Assembly (NCBI GenBank): GCA_002450905.1
Contig: DKAT01000070.1
Location: forward strand, 70,097 to 134,096
Length of the DNA stretch: 64,000 nt
Direction: 5' to 3'
Source of the DNA: Spirochaetia bacterium UBA6919
GTDB taxonomy: Bacteria; Spirochaetota; UBA6919
Shown: in pieces, positions 1 to 10,039 of the stretch
Numbering within the stretch: position 1 is the stretch's first letter
Layout of the letters: each line of letters opens with the position of its first letter
Program-made: the position numbers and the translations under genes
The notes under the pieces: model-generated
What the model saw: only the letters and a program-made list of their open reading frames with translations
The model's database searches: none
What the model was told of the DNA's origin: nothing

Positions 1-171
1 TTCTAGTTTTAGATGATTATAGACATCTTGATATAAATTGTAAGGATTAAAGACTATGATGAGTTATTTTTTTTGTTAGCTCTACAAGTATTAATCTATT
101 ATTTTTAAATGAATTATAATACTATCTTGGAAATAGAATAAATCTTCTGGCATTGCTAAGTATTAATTTTT

Positions 172-1449
172 TCAGATAGTTTTGGGTTCTATGACATCAC
201 TTCCATTGAAATAGGGCTGCAATACCTTTGGTATTTTGACACTTCCGTCTTTCTGCTGATAGTGTTCCAACAATGGAATAAGAATTCGTGGGGATGCGAT
301 ACACGTATTATTGAGTGTATGCACAAAATTCGAGTGATCATTTTTCCCTTTATAACGGATATTGAGTCGGCGGGATTGAAAATCAAACATTGTAGAACAG
401 GAGTGGGTTTCACCATAAGAATTTCTTGAAGGCATCCATGTTTCAATATCATGTTTCATCACCTGTCCCATGCCAAGATCCCCTGAGCAAACTTTAACAA
501 TTCGATAGGGTAACTCAAGATCACGGAGGATTTCTTCTGCATTATTTAATAATTCGTAGTGTATTTTATTGGATTCCTCGGGATCATTTTTACAAAACAC
601 AACCTGTTCAACCTTCTGAAACTGATGGATACGATATAATCCATACGTATCTTTACCATAAGTACCAGCTTCTCTTCTAAAACAATTGGATAAGCCTACG
701 AGTTTCTTAGGGAGCTCTGATTCATTGAGTGTTTCATCTTTATAATAAGAACATAGAGGAACTTCTGAGGTTCCAACAAGGAATAATTCATCCCGATCTA
801 TGGAGTATGCCTGTTCTTCTCCTCCTGGAAAATATCCAGTGCCCTGCATAGCTTCATTTTTCACCATTACAGGAACGATGAGGGGTGAGAATCCTTTTTT
901 TACAAGGGATTGAATTGCATATTGCAAAATAGCCCATTCTAATAAAGCGCCTTCGTTTTTTAAGTAGTAGAATTTATTTCCTGATATTTTAACAGCACGG
1001 GGTATATCGATGATATCAAGGGATTTTCCAAGCTCTACATGATCTTTTGGTGTGAAATCAAACTCACGAGGGGTACCCCATTTTCTCAATTCAACATTAT
1101 CAGCATCACTCTGTCCAATAGGGACTTCATCGAGGTAGATATTGGGTATTTGCAACATCCTTGCTTTAAAAATATTTAATACTTCTTCCAGTTGTGGTTC
1201 TAATGTGGCAAGCTGATCTCGGAGCTCTTTCCCACGGTCAATCATCTTTTGCTTCTCATCTCCCTGAAGTTTGGGAATATCTTTAGAGATTTTATTTCTC
1301 TCATTTCTTAAGAGGTCAACCTGTTTGACAAGCTCTTTTCTCTGATCATTGATCTGTAAAAGCTTTTGAATATCAACCGGGAATTTCTTATTTCTTGCAC
1401 ATTCTTCGACACGTTGTGAATTTTCTTTTATAAACTCTATATCTAACAT
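172..1449 (-). CDS. serS: seryl-tRNA synthetase
   Basis: 425-aa ORF with an N-terminal coiled-coil arm and class II aaRS core motifs (FRREAG, GLYRIHQFQKVEQ, SGDLG). RBS-like AAGGTA upstream of the ATG. Confidence 0.93.
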   Translation of the reverse strand: MLDIEFIKENSQRVEECARNKKFPVDIQKLLQINDQRKELVKQVDLLRNERNKISKDIPKLQGDEKQKMIDRGKELRDQLATLEPQLEEVLNIFKARMLQIPNIYLDEVPIGQSDADNVELRKWGTPREFDFTPKDHVELGKSLDIIDIPRAVKISGNKFYYLKNEGALLEWAILQYAIQSLVKKGFSPLIVPVMVKNEAMQGTGYFPGGEEQAYSIDRDELFLVGTSEVPLCSYYKDETLNESELPKKLVGLSNCFRREAGTYGKDTYGLYRIHQFQKVEQVVFCKNDPEESNKIHYELLNNAEEILRDLELPYRIVKVCSGDLGMGQVMKHDIETWMPSRNSYGETHSCSTMFDFQSRRLNIRYKGKNDHSNFVHTLNNTCIASPRILIPLLEHYQQKDGSVKIPKVLQPYFNGSDVIEPKTI

Positions 1450-1460
1450 GAAATACCTTA

Positions 1461-2519
1461 TTAATTTTTGAAATAGACTGGCTGGTAACTCTTTTTATAG
1501 TTATTATATTTAAAATAAACCGGCTTATATTTATACACCGATGATTTGTAGTTCGAATATATATTCGCTGTTCTTTTGTAAACTCTTGTAGTTAAATACT
1601 TTTGAAGTATAATTTCATTCATTGAGCTTCCATAAATATCTTTGAACTGGATAGTATATTGGATAATTTTTTCAATACCACCACTTGAATAGGACTGGTA
1701 AATTTGATAATTAAATACCTTATTCCATCTTTCATCCTCGAGATTATAGAGATACACATATTCCCTGTGAACTGCGTTATTTGTGTGAGTCAGGGGGAGG
1801 GTGTGGATAATGATCTTAACCTGGGGAATACCATTATTCATAAAATACCCAATATCAAAGGCATTGAGATATTCTGCAGTTCCAATGAATGGATTTGTAA
1901 TCCTGGTAGCCACAGTTGAGCTATCTCCCCATAATATCAAATATAAATCATTATTACCATGATAGTAATTATAACTTGCCTCGTTTTTAATATCCTTTTT
2001 ATCAATTTTATAAGGTTTTGCACAGATTGCGACGAGTTTAAAATATCCATTGTTATCGAAATCGGCGAGCTGGGTAAATTTGATGATCATCTGTCCTGAG
2101 AGATAATTTTTTAGCTGACTTATTTTTGTATCGAGTTCAATTTTTTTTAAGCTGTTAATCCGTTTTGTAATTTTATTAATATAAATGATTTCTTTTTTAG
2201 TCAGATCACTATAGGAAAAATAATTACTTGGATTGTACCATGATCTTTTTTTCATTTCTCTTTGAAGGAAAATACTTTTAAATAAGTAACCTCTGGCAGC
2301 GTAGATTTCAGCACGCAAGATTATGAGTTCTCTCAAGTTGAGATAATCCAGTTGATAATCAGGTAATATTTTATAATTCTTTTTATCGAGTGCGTTGATA
2401 TTTATTGATATAATAATGGTTAATATTATAATGATAATTGGATAAATACGATTAAATGTCAATTTGTTCCCCAGAAAAAAATATTTTATTAATTTTAATG
2501 ACATCGGATGAATTTTCAA
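1461..2519 (-). CDS. membrane-anchored YARHG-domain protein (hypothetical)
   Basis: 352-aa ORF with an N-terminal hydrophobic segment (IYPIIIIILTIIISI), a YARHG-like motif (LRAEIYAARGYLFK) and a Tyr/Lys-rich repetitive C-terminus (YKYKPVYFKY...). No functional assignment possible. Confidence 0.5.
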   Translation of the reverse strand: MKIHPMSLKLIKYFFLGNKLTFNRIYPIIIIILTIIISININALDKKNYKILPDYQLDYLNLRELIILRAEIYAARGYLFKSIFLQREMKKRSWYNPSNYFSYSDLTKKEIIYINKITKRINSLKKIELDTKISQLKNYLSGQMIIKFTQLADFDNNGYFKLVAICAKPYKIDKKDIKNEASYNYYHGNNDLYLILWGDSSTVATRITNPFIGTAEYLNAFDIGYFMNNGIPQVKIIIHTLPLTHTNNAVHREYVYLYNLEDERWNKVFNYQIYQSYSSGGIEKIIQYTIQFKDIYGSSMNEIILQKYLTTRVYKRTANIYSNYKSSVYKYKPVYFKYNNYKKSYQPVYFKN

Positions 2520-2871
2520 AGTAAATTCGAATAGGATTTTTGTCTATTTAAATTATTTTTATTAATTTATTATTTAACAGGTTGTATAGCTGAAATTAAT
2601 AATTCCATAGGTTTATAGAAAATACAATATAATTTAAAAAAAAGTCTTGACAAAATCAAGGTATTTATTGAAATTTTAGCTCCATAAATAACTACAATCC
2701 GTTTTCATATAGACTCAGTTCATTTCATCTTCGATAACTTATAAATATATCAATGAAATAATCTTGAGGCAACGTGTAATATTTTTAAAATATAGTGGTA
2801 TACGTATTTTCAGATATTACTGGATTTCAAGTATTTATGTTTTAATAAAATGACAGTACAAGGAATATTTA

Positions 2872-4095
2872 ATGGCTGATGAAGGCAAGAATAGCAAGCC
2901 AGAAGCTCAAATTGATGAGGTGAAATCCAAGGCTAAGAAAGAAATGAAGAAAGATGATACTCCAAAACCTCTTAAGGTAAAGAAACAAGACCCCCAAACA
3001 TGGGATGATCCTTCCCTCATAGTATCGACATCACCTCACGTCCATAATAAGGAATCTGTAGGGAAAGTGATGTGGACTGTATTTATAGTACTTCTTCCGG
3101 CCACAATCTGGGGTATCCTGCACTTTACATTTGGACTCCGTTTTAATTTTGAAACTTATGAATTTTCATTTAAACAGGAACTTATTAAGGATGGGTGGCT
3201 TCTTACCTTAATCCAGAGTAGTTCCTTTCTTCAAATCATAGCTTCTATTCTATCTTGTATGCTTGCTGAAGTTATTATGAATAAGCTGAGAAAGCAAAGG
3301 ATCTCAGCATTGGATGGTAGTGCTGCTGTGACAGGATTATTACTGGGGATGTTATTACCTCCCAATGCCCCGTTATTTATTTCGATTATCAGTTCTTTTT
3401 TTGCAATTATCATAGTGAAACAGTTGTTTGGAGGACTGGGAAGTAATTTTCTCAATCCTGCTGCGGCTGGTCGTGTATTTGCGATGTCTGCCTGGCCTGC
3501 AATTCTCTATACCCAAGAATATTATCTTACAAAAACATCGGTGGATACTCAGGCATCAGCTACTGCTCTTGAAATGATGAAAAATTATATCGCAGGATCA
3601 AGTCCAGGAAAGATAGTTCAGAATCCAAATCAGTTTTATCCCCTTTCAGACCTGTTTATTGGTAATATTGGAGGATCTATCGGGGAGATTTCAGCCATAT
3701 TATTATTGCTTGGTGGGTTTTATCTCTATATTAAGAAGTATATTACCTGGGAGATCCCTATTACATTCCTAGGGACTGTATTTTTAATAACCTATCTCAT
3801 CGGGGGAAAAATTAATTTTGATCTTCACTTCGCCCTGTATCACCTACTATCAGGAGGATTAATCCTTGGAGCTCTTTATATGGCTACTGACATGGTTACT
3901 TGTCCCTTAACCTCCCTTGGTCAAATTATATTTGGAGTTAGTTGTGGTCTATTAACTGTTCTTATACGATTATACGGTGGTTATCCAGAAGGGGTTGTGT
4001 TTTCTATAGTAATTATGAATTTGTTTGTACCACTGATTGATCGTGTCACTATGCCAAGAGTGTTTGGTCATAAGGAGAGAGCAAGGGCTAATTAA
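2872..4095 (+). CDS. rnfD: Rnf/Nqr electron-transport complex subunit D (RnfD/NqrB family) with a Lys/Glu-rich N-terminal extension
   Basis: 407 aa, polytopic membrane protein with the RnfD signatures GGLGSNFLNPAAAGRVF and the FMN-attachment region ATDMVTCPLTS. About 60 extra N-terminal residues are low-complexity and K/E-rich. Confidence 0.85.
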   Translation: MADEGKNSKPEAQIDEVKSKAKKEMKKDDTPKPLKVKKQDPQTWDDPSLIVSTSPHVHNKESVGKVMWTVFIVLLPATIWGILHFTFGLRFNFETYEFSFKQELIKDGWLLTLIQSSSFLQIIASILSCMLAEVIMNKLRKQRISALDGSAAVTGLLLGMLLPPNAPLFISIISSFFAIIIVKQLFGGLGSNFLNPAAAGRVFAMSAWPAILYTQEYYLTKTSVDTQASATALEMMKNYIAGSSPGKIVQNPNQFYPLSDLFIGNIGGSIGEISAILLLLGGFYLYIKKYITWEIPITFLGTVFLITYLIGGKINFDLHFALYHLLSGGLILGALYMATDMVTCPLTSLGQIIFGVSCGLLTVLIRLYGGYPEGVVFSIVIMNLFVPLIDRVTMPRVFGHKERARAN

Positions 4096-4139
4096 CCCAA
4101 ATCATTTATTTTGAGTTTGTCTCGTAGGAGTGTACATAT

Positions 4140-4820
4140 ATGAACGACTTTTTTAAAGGATTTACCCAGGAAAATCCAGTCTATTCACTATTCTTAGGCC
4201 TGTGCCCTGCATTGGCTGTGACTAATATATCCATCAATGGTCTGGCTATGGGTGCAGCAACGACTTTTGTGCTTGTTGGATCCAATGTAGTGGTTTCTTT
4301 GGTACGAAATGTCATACCCGCTAAGATCCGAATTCCCAGTTACATCCTGATTATAGCGTCGTTTGTAACGGTAGTCAAACTTCTGATGAATGCTTATTTT
4401 ATTGATTTGTATGAAACTATGGGGGTATTTATATCGCTCATCGTGGTGAATTGTATAATCCTTGGACGAGCTGAGGGATTTGCAGGGAAGAATGGCGTAG
4501 TCAGATCATTTTTAGACGGGCTTGGTATGGGTCTTGGATTTACTGTAGCGATTACTGTACTCTCTGTTGTCCGGGAAATCCTTGGAGAGGGTAAAATGAC
4601 CTTTGCCCTTAATTTCGGTGGGGATATCATTGGTTCTGTGATCCAGTTCAGTGATTTTCTGAAGTCGATTGGACTGGAACAAAATGGAAATTATGCAAAT
4701 CTACTGGTCTTCATATTACCAGCAGGGGGTTTTTTCGCTATTGGACTCATCATTGGGGGATTCAATCGCCTTAAAAATGCCCTTCCAAAACCAGTTGAAG
4801 ACGAGGAGGAAGCATTATGA
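4140..4820 (+). CDS. rnfE: Rnf complex subunit E
   Basis: 226 aa. LGLCPALAVT motif and NCIILGRAEGFA motif are typical of RnfE/NqrD. Its stop overlaps the rnfA start by 4 nt. Confidence 0.85.
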   Translation: MNDFFKGFTQENPVYSLFLGLCPALAVTNISINGLAMGAATTFVLVGSNVVVSLVRNVIPAKIRIPSYILIIASFVTVVKLLMNAYFIDLYETMGVFISLIVVNCIILGRAEGFAGKNGVVRSFLDGLGMGLGFTVAITVLSVVREILGEGKMTFALNFGGDIIGSVIQFSDFLKSIGLEQNGNYANLLVFILPAGGFFAIGLIIGGFNRLKNALPKPVEDEEEAL

Positions 4821-5422
4821 GTGAATATATCGCCTTAGCTATTGCTGCAATTACTGTAAATAATTATATTTTATCCAAGTTTCTCGGATTATGTCCTTTT
4901 GTGGGAGTGTCAAAGAAACTTCACTCAGCCATTGGAATGGGGTTTGCGGTTACTTTCGTCATGACGTTAACGGTATTATCTACATTCCTAATCTATGAAT
5001 ATGTTTTAACACCTTTAAATATAAAATACTTAGATACAATCACATTTATTCTGGTCATAGCCAGTCTTGTCCAGTTTGTTGAAATGGTCATGGAAAAATA
5101 TAGCCCAACATTATATAAAGCCCTTGGAGTCTATCTTCCACTCATAACAACCAACTGTGCCATCTTAGGAGTAGCTCAATTCAACGTACAATATATGGAA
5201 AATCCCACTCTCCACTTTGATTTCTTAAAATGTATTACCAATGGATTCTTTTCAGGATTAGGATTCACCCTTGCAATTATTCTTATGGCTGGTATAAGAG
5301 AACGACTCGAGTTTGCCAATATCCCCGAAGTATTCAAGGGAGCGCCAGCAACGTTCATATCAGCAGGACTTATGGCACTGGCATTCCAGGGGTTTGCAAA
5401 TCTGATTAAGTTCGGTGGGTGA
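4817..5422 (+). CDS. rnfA: Rnf complex subunit A
   Basis: 201 aa. NNYILSKFLGLCPFVGVSKK and PLITTNCAILGVA motifs are typical of RnfA/NqrE. Translationally coupled to rnfE. Confidence 0.85.
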   Translation: MSEYIALAIAAITVNNYILSKFLGLCPFVGVSKKLHSAIGMGFAVTFVMTLTVLSTFLIYEYVLTPLNIKYLDTITFILVIASLVQFVEMVMEKYSPTLYKALGVYLPLITTNCAILGVAQFNVQYMENPTLHFDFLKCITNGFFSGLGFTLAIILMAGIRERLEFANIPEVFKGAPATFISAGLMALAFQGFANLIKFGG

Positions 5423-5582
5423 TCAAACGATATATAGCACAGAATATTATAATATTTCCATCATAGATTTCATGAAAGGCACTTGATGATACAATAACTT
5501 ATGATTATCATTGATAAATTACTTGTAAAAATAATTAGCCCTGTCAAATGGGTTACTAATATTCCTTATAAGGAGGGATACC

Positions 5583-6518
5583 ATGTTAATAATTTGGTCA
5601 ATCGTTGCAGTGGGTAGTTTAGCCCTGTTCTTCGGGTTAGGACTCGCTGTTGCACATAGAAAACTTGCTGTAGAAAAAAATCCTAAGATACAAGAAGTAG
5701 AAGAGATTCTTCCACAAGCCAATTGCGGAGCGTGTGGATTCCCGGGGTGTGCTGGATACGCTGTTGGATTGGTTGAAGAGAACTCATCCATTGATCTGTG
5801 CCCGCCTGGGGGGAAGAAATTGATAAAAAAATTAGCTGAGATGCTGGATAAAGATGTGATTGAAGGTGAGAGAATGATCGCTCGTATTCTCTGTAGCGGG
5901 GATCTCCAAACAGCTAAGCAAAAATACCACTATAACGGGATCACCGATTGTAACCAAGCGGTAGCGTTGTTTGGCGGCTCCAAAGTCTGCTCCTATGGAT
6001 GTATTGGTCTTGGTAGTTGTGTAAGAGCCTGTGCTTTCGATGCCATTGACATCACTAAAGATCTGAATGTCATTATCAACGAGCCCAAATGTACTGGGTG
6101 TACCCTCTGTGTCCCTGTCTGCCCTAAAGATATCATCCACATGGTACCAGCGAAGACAAGGATATACAACTCCTGCAGTTCTCTTGATAAATCTGGTCCT
6201 GTCAAAAAGTATTGTAACGTGGGATGTACTGCTTGTAAACTCTGTGAAAAGGCTTGTGAACACGATGCCATCAAAGTAGTGAATAATCTAGCCGTCTTCA
6301 CCTATGATAATTGCACTGAGTGTAATGAATGTACTGTGGTTTGCCCACCCGATTCCATCAAATCATGGATTCCTCTTGAAGAGCAGTCTGAGCGAGCCAA
6401 AGTAGGTCTAGCTGAACTAGCTAAACAACAACAGGAAAAAGCTCTTAAAAAGCCTGGTGAGAAAGAATCAAAGTCAGATAAAGAAGAGGAAAAGGAAGAA
6501 GAGCCAGTCACGGCTTAA
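5583..6518 (+). CDS. rnfB: Rnf complex subunit B, extended polyferredoxin form
   Basis: 311 aa. N-terminal TM helix, CGACGFPGCAGYA cluster motif, then several CxxCxxCxxxCP 4Fe-4S ferredoxin motifs and a Lys/Glu-rich C-terminal tail. RBS AAGGAGGGA upstream. Confidence 0.8.
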   Translation: MLIIWSIVAVGSLALFFGLGLAVAHRKLAVEKNPKIQEVEEILPQANCGACGFPGCAGYAVGLVEENSSIDLCPPGGKKLIKKLAEMLDKDVIEGERMIARILCSGDLQTAKQKYHYNGITDCNQAVALFGGSKVCSYGCIGLGSCVRACAFDAIDITKDLNVIINEPKCTGCTLCVPVCPKDIIHMVPAKTRIYNSCSSLDKSGPVKKYCNVGCTACKLCEKACEHDAIKVVNNLAVFTYDNCTECNECTVVCPPDSIKSWIPLEEQSERAKVGLAELAKQQQEKALKKPGEKESKSDKEEEKEEEPVTA

Positions 6519-6609
6519 CAAATAATTTTGCGTACTTGACCAAGCCAATGATCTCAAACGGATTGCTGGTTTATTTTTAAAATAGATCTATAAATGCTCT
6601 GTCATCTGG

Positions 6610-8031
6610 TTAAATAATTCTAAAGCCATCGATGAGGGAGCATCTCCGTTCCCGGGTAAAATTAATCGATGTTGTAAGCCCCTCACCCGTCGGACTCGCT
6701 ATTGTAAAAGAGGTATACCCCGGACCTCCAAATCCCAAGCCATTATAATTAGGCCCATTCTTCACAAAAATAGACGCATTCACGAGTCTCGCCATCTTGG
6801 ATAATTTCGATACATTCTGAGAATACATCACCGCAGTATGTCGGTTATTCTGCTCAACTTCCAAAGCAAACTGGATCGCCTCATCCACACAAGATACCCG
6901 CACCAGAGGGATAATCGGCATGAGTTGTTCAGTCCACACAAGGGGATGATCGGCAGGTACATCCATAAATGCAATACGCACATTCTCATCCACATCGATA
7001 TTGGCATGCCGTAAAATATATTGCGCAGATTTCCCCACAAACTCTTTTTTCATGTGACCACCACACCCCGGCTTGCCCTGATCAGCCATAATAAGATCGG
7101 TAACCCGCTTAATCTGCTGTCCTTTGAGTTCAAAAGCTCCATACTTCTTCATTGCCTGTTTAAGAGATTGAGCTACAGAATCCACGACGATGATTTCTTT
7201 CTCACAGGTACAAATGATATTGTGATCGAATCCAGCCCCATCGACAATGCCCTTCCCGGCCTGATCTATAATCGCCGTTTCATCCACCACCACAGGAGGA
7301 TTGCCAGGACCCGCCGCTATCACCTTCTTTCCACTATTCATGGCCACTTTCACGACAGCAGGACCCCCTGTCACAACGAGGAGACGAATATCCTTATGCT
7401 TCATCAACTCCTGAGCTGATTCTATAGTAGGGTTTGCAATGGTTGTTACAAGATTTTCAGGTCCCCCAGCTGATATGATCGCTTCATTAATGAGTCTTAC
7501 CGTTTCAGAAGAGGTTTTTGTAGCTGTGGGATGGGGATTAAACACAACGCTGTTCCCACCGGAGATCATCCCGATAGAATTACAGATAATAGTTTCAGAA
7601 GGGTTAGTGACGGGAGTAATCGATCCAATAACCCCATAAGGAGCTCGTTCCATAATCATCAGTCCATCGTCATCACTATAACTCAATGAACGGAGTATCT
7701 CTGGACCCGGAGTTCTTTCAACAGCCAGGGTATTTTTCTTAATCTTATCCCGAACATTCCCCAATCCCGACTCCTCAACAGCGAGAGAAGCCAAATAATC
7801 AATGTGATTCCTTAAATGAGCACGGATGCTATTAATAATCTGCTCTCGTTTCCTGAGTCCTAAATCCATAAGAGATTCATAAGCCTGATATGCCTTAGCG
7901 ATAGCCGTGTTACAATCATTAAAACTCCCCAATCCCTGAGAATTAGGATAAGACTTTGGTGTCCCCCCACTTTGCAACTGGCTTATAACCTGTTCCACAA
8001 TACTATTGATCTGTGCTTCTGAAAAGTTCAT
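6610..8031 (-). CDS. aldehyde dehydrogenase family protein (CoA-acylating EutE/PduP-like)
   Basis: 473 aa. Rossmann-type G-rich segments, a catalytic-Cys region (ICTCEKEIIVVDS) and a size typical of acetaldehyde/propionaldehyde dehydrogenases. RBS GAGGGAGA upstream. Confidence 0.7.
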   Translation of the reverse strand: MNFSEAQINSIVEQVISQLQSGGTPKSYPNSQGLGSFNDCNTAIAKAYQAYESLMDLGLRKREQIINSIRAHLRNHIDYLASLAVEESGLGNVRDKIKKNTLAVERTPGPEILRSLSYSDDDGLMIMERAPYGVIGSITPVTNPSETIICNSIGMISGGNSVVFNPHPTATKTSSETVRLINEAIISAGGPENLVTTIANPTIESAQELMKHKDIRLLVVTGGPAVVKVAMNSGKKVIAAGPGNPPVVVDETAIIDQAGKGIVDGAGFDHNIICTCEKEIIVVDSVAQSLKQAMKKYGAFELKGQQIKRVTDLIMADQGKPGCGGHMKKEFVGKSAQYILRHANIDVDENVRIAFMDVPADHPLVWTEQLMPIIPLVRVSCVDEAIQFALEVEQNNRHTAVMYSQNVSKLSKMARLVNASIFVKNGPNYNGLGFGGPGYTSFTIASPTGEGLTTSINFTRERRCSLIDGFRII

Positions 8032-8185
8032 GTTTCTCCCTCGAATCGTGAAGGATGAATATTAATAAGGATTCCCCGTTTTGTCAATGTAAACCGTTCG
8101 AATATCTTGAAATTGTAAATATTTTTATCGTAAAATTCAACGATAGTTTAAAGATTATACCATCCAATTACAAAAAATAATCGCA

Positions 8186-8213
8186 ATCGGAACTAAGAAT
8201 TTTGATTCCGATC
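8186..8213. repeat. palindromic motif ATCGGAAC-N13-GATTCCGATC (copy 1 of 4)
   Basis: 7-bp inverted arms atcggaa/ttccgat with a 13-nt spacer. Near-identical copies at 51402-51429, 58508-58535 and 60012-60039, all intergenic. Confidence 0.6.
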
Positions 8214-8350
8214 TTGTTTATTTATTTCGTCAGGGTCTCAAGATTTTTAATTTACCCTGTCGACTTTGTATGAACAATAGTTACTATCCTTGTGAGGCAC
8301 TAATATCCATGACCAGTCAAGACACTGAGTAACGAGAAGACTTACTAGCA

Positions 8351-8440
8351 TGTCATGGTGAGGCTCTCGAACCATGTGATAAACAAGACCCTTCGAGAAC
8401 CTCAGGGTGACGGAGGTTGAGTCTCAGGATGACAGGGATT
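8351..8440. repeat. nested-palindrome repeat element, copy A
   Basis: gtcatggtgaggctctcgaaccatg...cccttcgagaacctcagggtgac, i.e. roughly 20-nt inverted arms around a short loop, followed by a ctcaggatgacag submodule. Same family as the copies at 16242, 18349, 18884, 19618 and 20005. Confidence 0.6.
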
Positions 8441-8496
8441 ATAGCTTAAAGTAACAGGGGTTGTGGCTCAGAGTGTTTTATTTAAGGAGGCTACCA

Positions 8497-9162
8497 ATGG
8501 CGATTATTTTAGAAGGGGTGGATCACAGTCCGGTAATGTGGGGTAAGATAGGCAAACACCTTGTCCAGAGGACTAAACTCGGTAAGATGTTCATTAAAAT
8601 TAAGGTGACACCAGCAAATCCGAAAACTCCAATCCAACAGGAGAAGAGGAGTGCTTTGACTGTGGGGGTTCTAAGATGGAAGAACTTTGAGAAACTCTTT
8701 AATAAGGATTATTGGGATCTTATGGCTGTGGATCATCGGTTTAGAGATGGATATAGGGCATTCTTATCCTCGTTTCTCGTAACCTATAGGATGAAGTTAT
8801 CAGAATTAGGAGATCACACCCAAGCTCTGGAATATGTTTCGAATACATCAAATCCCATTACGTATCAGGAGTCCCCGAAGAAAATTAGGATGGAAGAGAG
8901 AGATCGACGACTCATCAAGGCGATTTATACTTATCGGAAAACGAAAAGTTTTATGAGACAACTGGGACGAAGTTTAAAATATCTGGATACTCATCAGTGG
9001 TTGAATGTCATGCGATATGGGATTCTTCCGGATTCGGGGAAAGTGATTGATGATGTGTGGTACGACATGGGGATTATCCCGCCCTATGAACCGATTCCCA
9101 AGGGAAATTTTGGGACAGGGAAATTCGGGAGAGGGGTTTTTGGGGGAAAGAGGGTAATCTAA
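8497..9162 (+). CDS. hypothetical protein with Gly-rich C-terminus
   Basis: ORF with a strong AAGGAGG RBS 7 nt before the ATG at 8497. The ORF track's 8461 start lies inside the repeat. No recognisable domain. C-terminal GNFGTGKFGRGVFGGK. Confidence 0.5.
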   Translation: MAIILEGVDHSPVMWGKIGKHLVQRTKLGKMFIKIKVTPANPKTPIQQEKRSALTVGVLRWKNFEKLFNKDYWDLMAVDHRFRDGYRAFLSSFLVTYRMKLSELGDHTQALEYVSNTSNPITYQESPKKIRMEERDRRLIKAIYTYRKTKSFMRQLGRSLKYLDTHQWLNVMRYGILPDSGKVIDDVWYDMGIIPPYEPIPKGNFGTGKFGRGVFGGKRVI

Positions 9163-9691
9163 TATTCAATTTTACATTTTGGTAATGCATTTTTTAATTC
9201 TTCTACCTGTTCTTTAGATACTTTTGTACCCAATAGTTCAAGTACTTTTAAATTCCTGAGATCTTTTAAGGGTCTTAGGTTGTATACAGGTGTCCATGCT
9301 AGGGTAAGATATATTAGGTTTCTGAAGTCTTTTAAGGGTGTCAGGTCAGATATTTGTATACCATCACAAGACCAAGTCGCTGTAAGTTCCTGAGGTCTTT
9401 AATTGGAGTGAGATCTGATATATTTGAATAATTCAGATATAATTTTTTTAGTGAAGTGAGAGTTGATAAAGGTTGAAAATCTATGATTGAATTTTTATTT
9501 TTCAATATACCAATGAGAACGAGTTCCTTGATCGTTTTGAGTTGGTCTATGGTATAGTGTTTGCCTTGTTCTTTTAGCCATTTTTGGGTGTCTTCTAAGG
9601 TGTATTGCTTGGAATGAGAGATGTTTATGGTGATCAGAACTACAATGCAGGCTGTTACGAAATAGGTTATTATTTTAAAAGAGTTTTTCAT
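9159..9691 (-). pseudogene. leucine-rich-repeat lipoprotein-like gene, frameshifted
   Basis: N-terminal signal peptide and LRR units (LYLNYSNISDLTPIKDLRNLQRL). The reading frame breaks near 9360 but LRR units continue in the -1 frame (DLTPLKDFRNLIYLTL...LGTKVSKEQVEELKKALPKCKIEY) to a stop at 9159. Confidence 0.55.
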
Positions 9692-9737
9692 ATCTTTGTC
9701 CTCTATTTGATTGGAATATAATATAGAATTATCTTGA

Positions 9738-9807
9738 ATGTCAAGGAAAATATTTTTGTCATAGGTGGTGATTTCGGGTTGGAGGGTCGAGAATCTTTAT
9801 AGGGGTT
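9738..9807 (-). promoter_or_regulatory. ~70-bp conserved cassette-upstream module R1, ending in a TTGACA -35
   Basis: One of 4 near-identical direct repeats (consensus gtcaagaaaaatatttttatcctgagtggtgatttcggg..gacgagaatctttatgggg). In the gene (minus) orientation it ends in TTGACA, followed 17 nt later by TTATAT and an AGAGGA RBS for the LRR gene. Confidence 0.5.
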
Positions 9808-9823
9808 TTGTGATTTCGATGAA

Positions 9824-10039
9824 TTATTTTAACTGATTGAACTCTTCTGAAGTAATACCCATTTGTTTGATGATCTCATAGTATAATGGGGGTTCTATGT
9901 TTGTGGAAGGATGAATAGGAATTGTTGTTGCTCTGCCATCCTTGTGAATCCATCTTTGATGAGATCCCTTCTGGCGTGATATGGAGAATCCCAGTTTCTC
10001 TGCAACCCTTTGAAATGTTTTGGCATTGTCACCTGGCAT
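9824..10039 (-). CDS. hicA: HicA-family mRNA interferase toxin
   Basis: 71 aa. The segment LGFSISRQKGSHQRWIHKDGRATTIPIHP matches the YcfA/HicA fold. Overlaps the upstream hicB by 11 nt. Confidence 0.75.
   Translation of the reverse strand: MPGDNAKTFQRVAEKLGFSISRQKGSHQRWIHKDGRATTIPIHPSTNIEPPLYYEIIKQMGITSEEFNQLK

Noticed and set aside
2647-2675. Possible sigma-70 promoter (TTGACA at 2647-2652, then 16-17 nt, then TGAAAT/GAAATT) upstream of rnfD.
   Set aside because: The -10 match is weak, and several equally plausible A/T-rich hexamers exist in the 350-bp leader. Not supportable without transcript-start data.
189-6511. Internal or antisense ORFs overlapping serS, rnfD, rnfE, rnfA and rnfB (e.g. 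189-452, 1704-1919, 3231-3455, 4394-4630, 5176-5358, 5519-5791, 5832-6263, 5993-6301, 6067-6279, 6302-6511).
   Set aside because: Each is fully nested in, or antisense to, a well-supported conserved gene. Each is short, lacks an RBS and has atypical composition. Same reasoning applies to analogous small ORFs inside typA, the giant ankyrin gene, the RND pumps, secDF, purL, the chemoreceptor and the kinase.
6519-6609. Bidirectional terminator between rnfB and the convergent aldehyde dehydrogenase gene (ccaagccaatgatctcaaacggattgctggtttattttt).
   Set aside because: The stem is interrupted by several mismatches or bulges. Only a loose hairpin plus a T-run, so confidence is too low to annotate.
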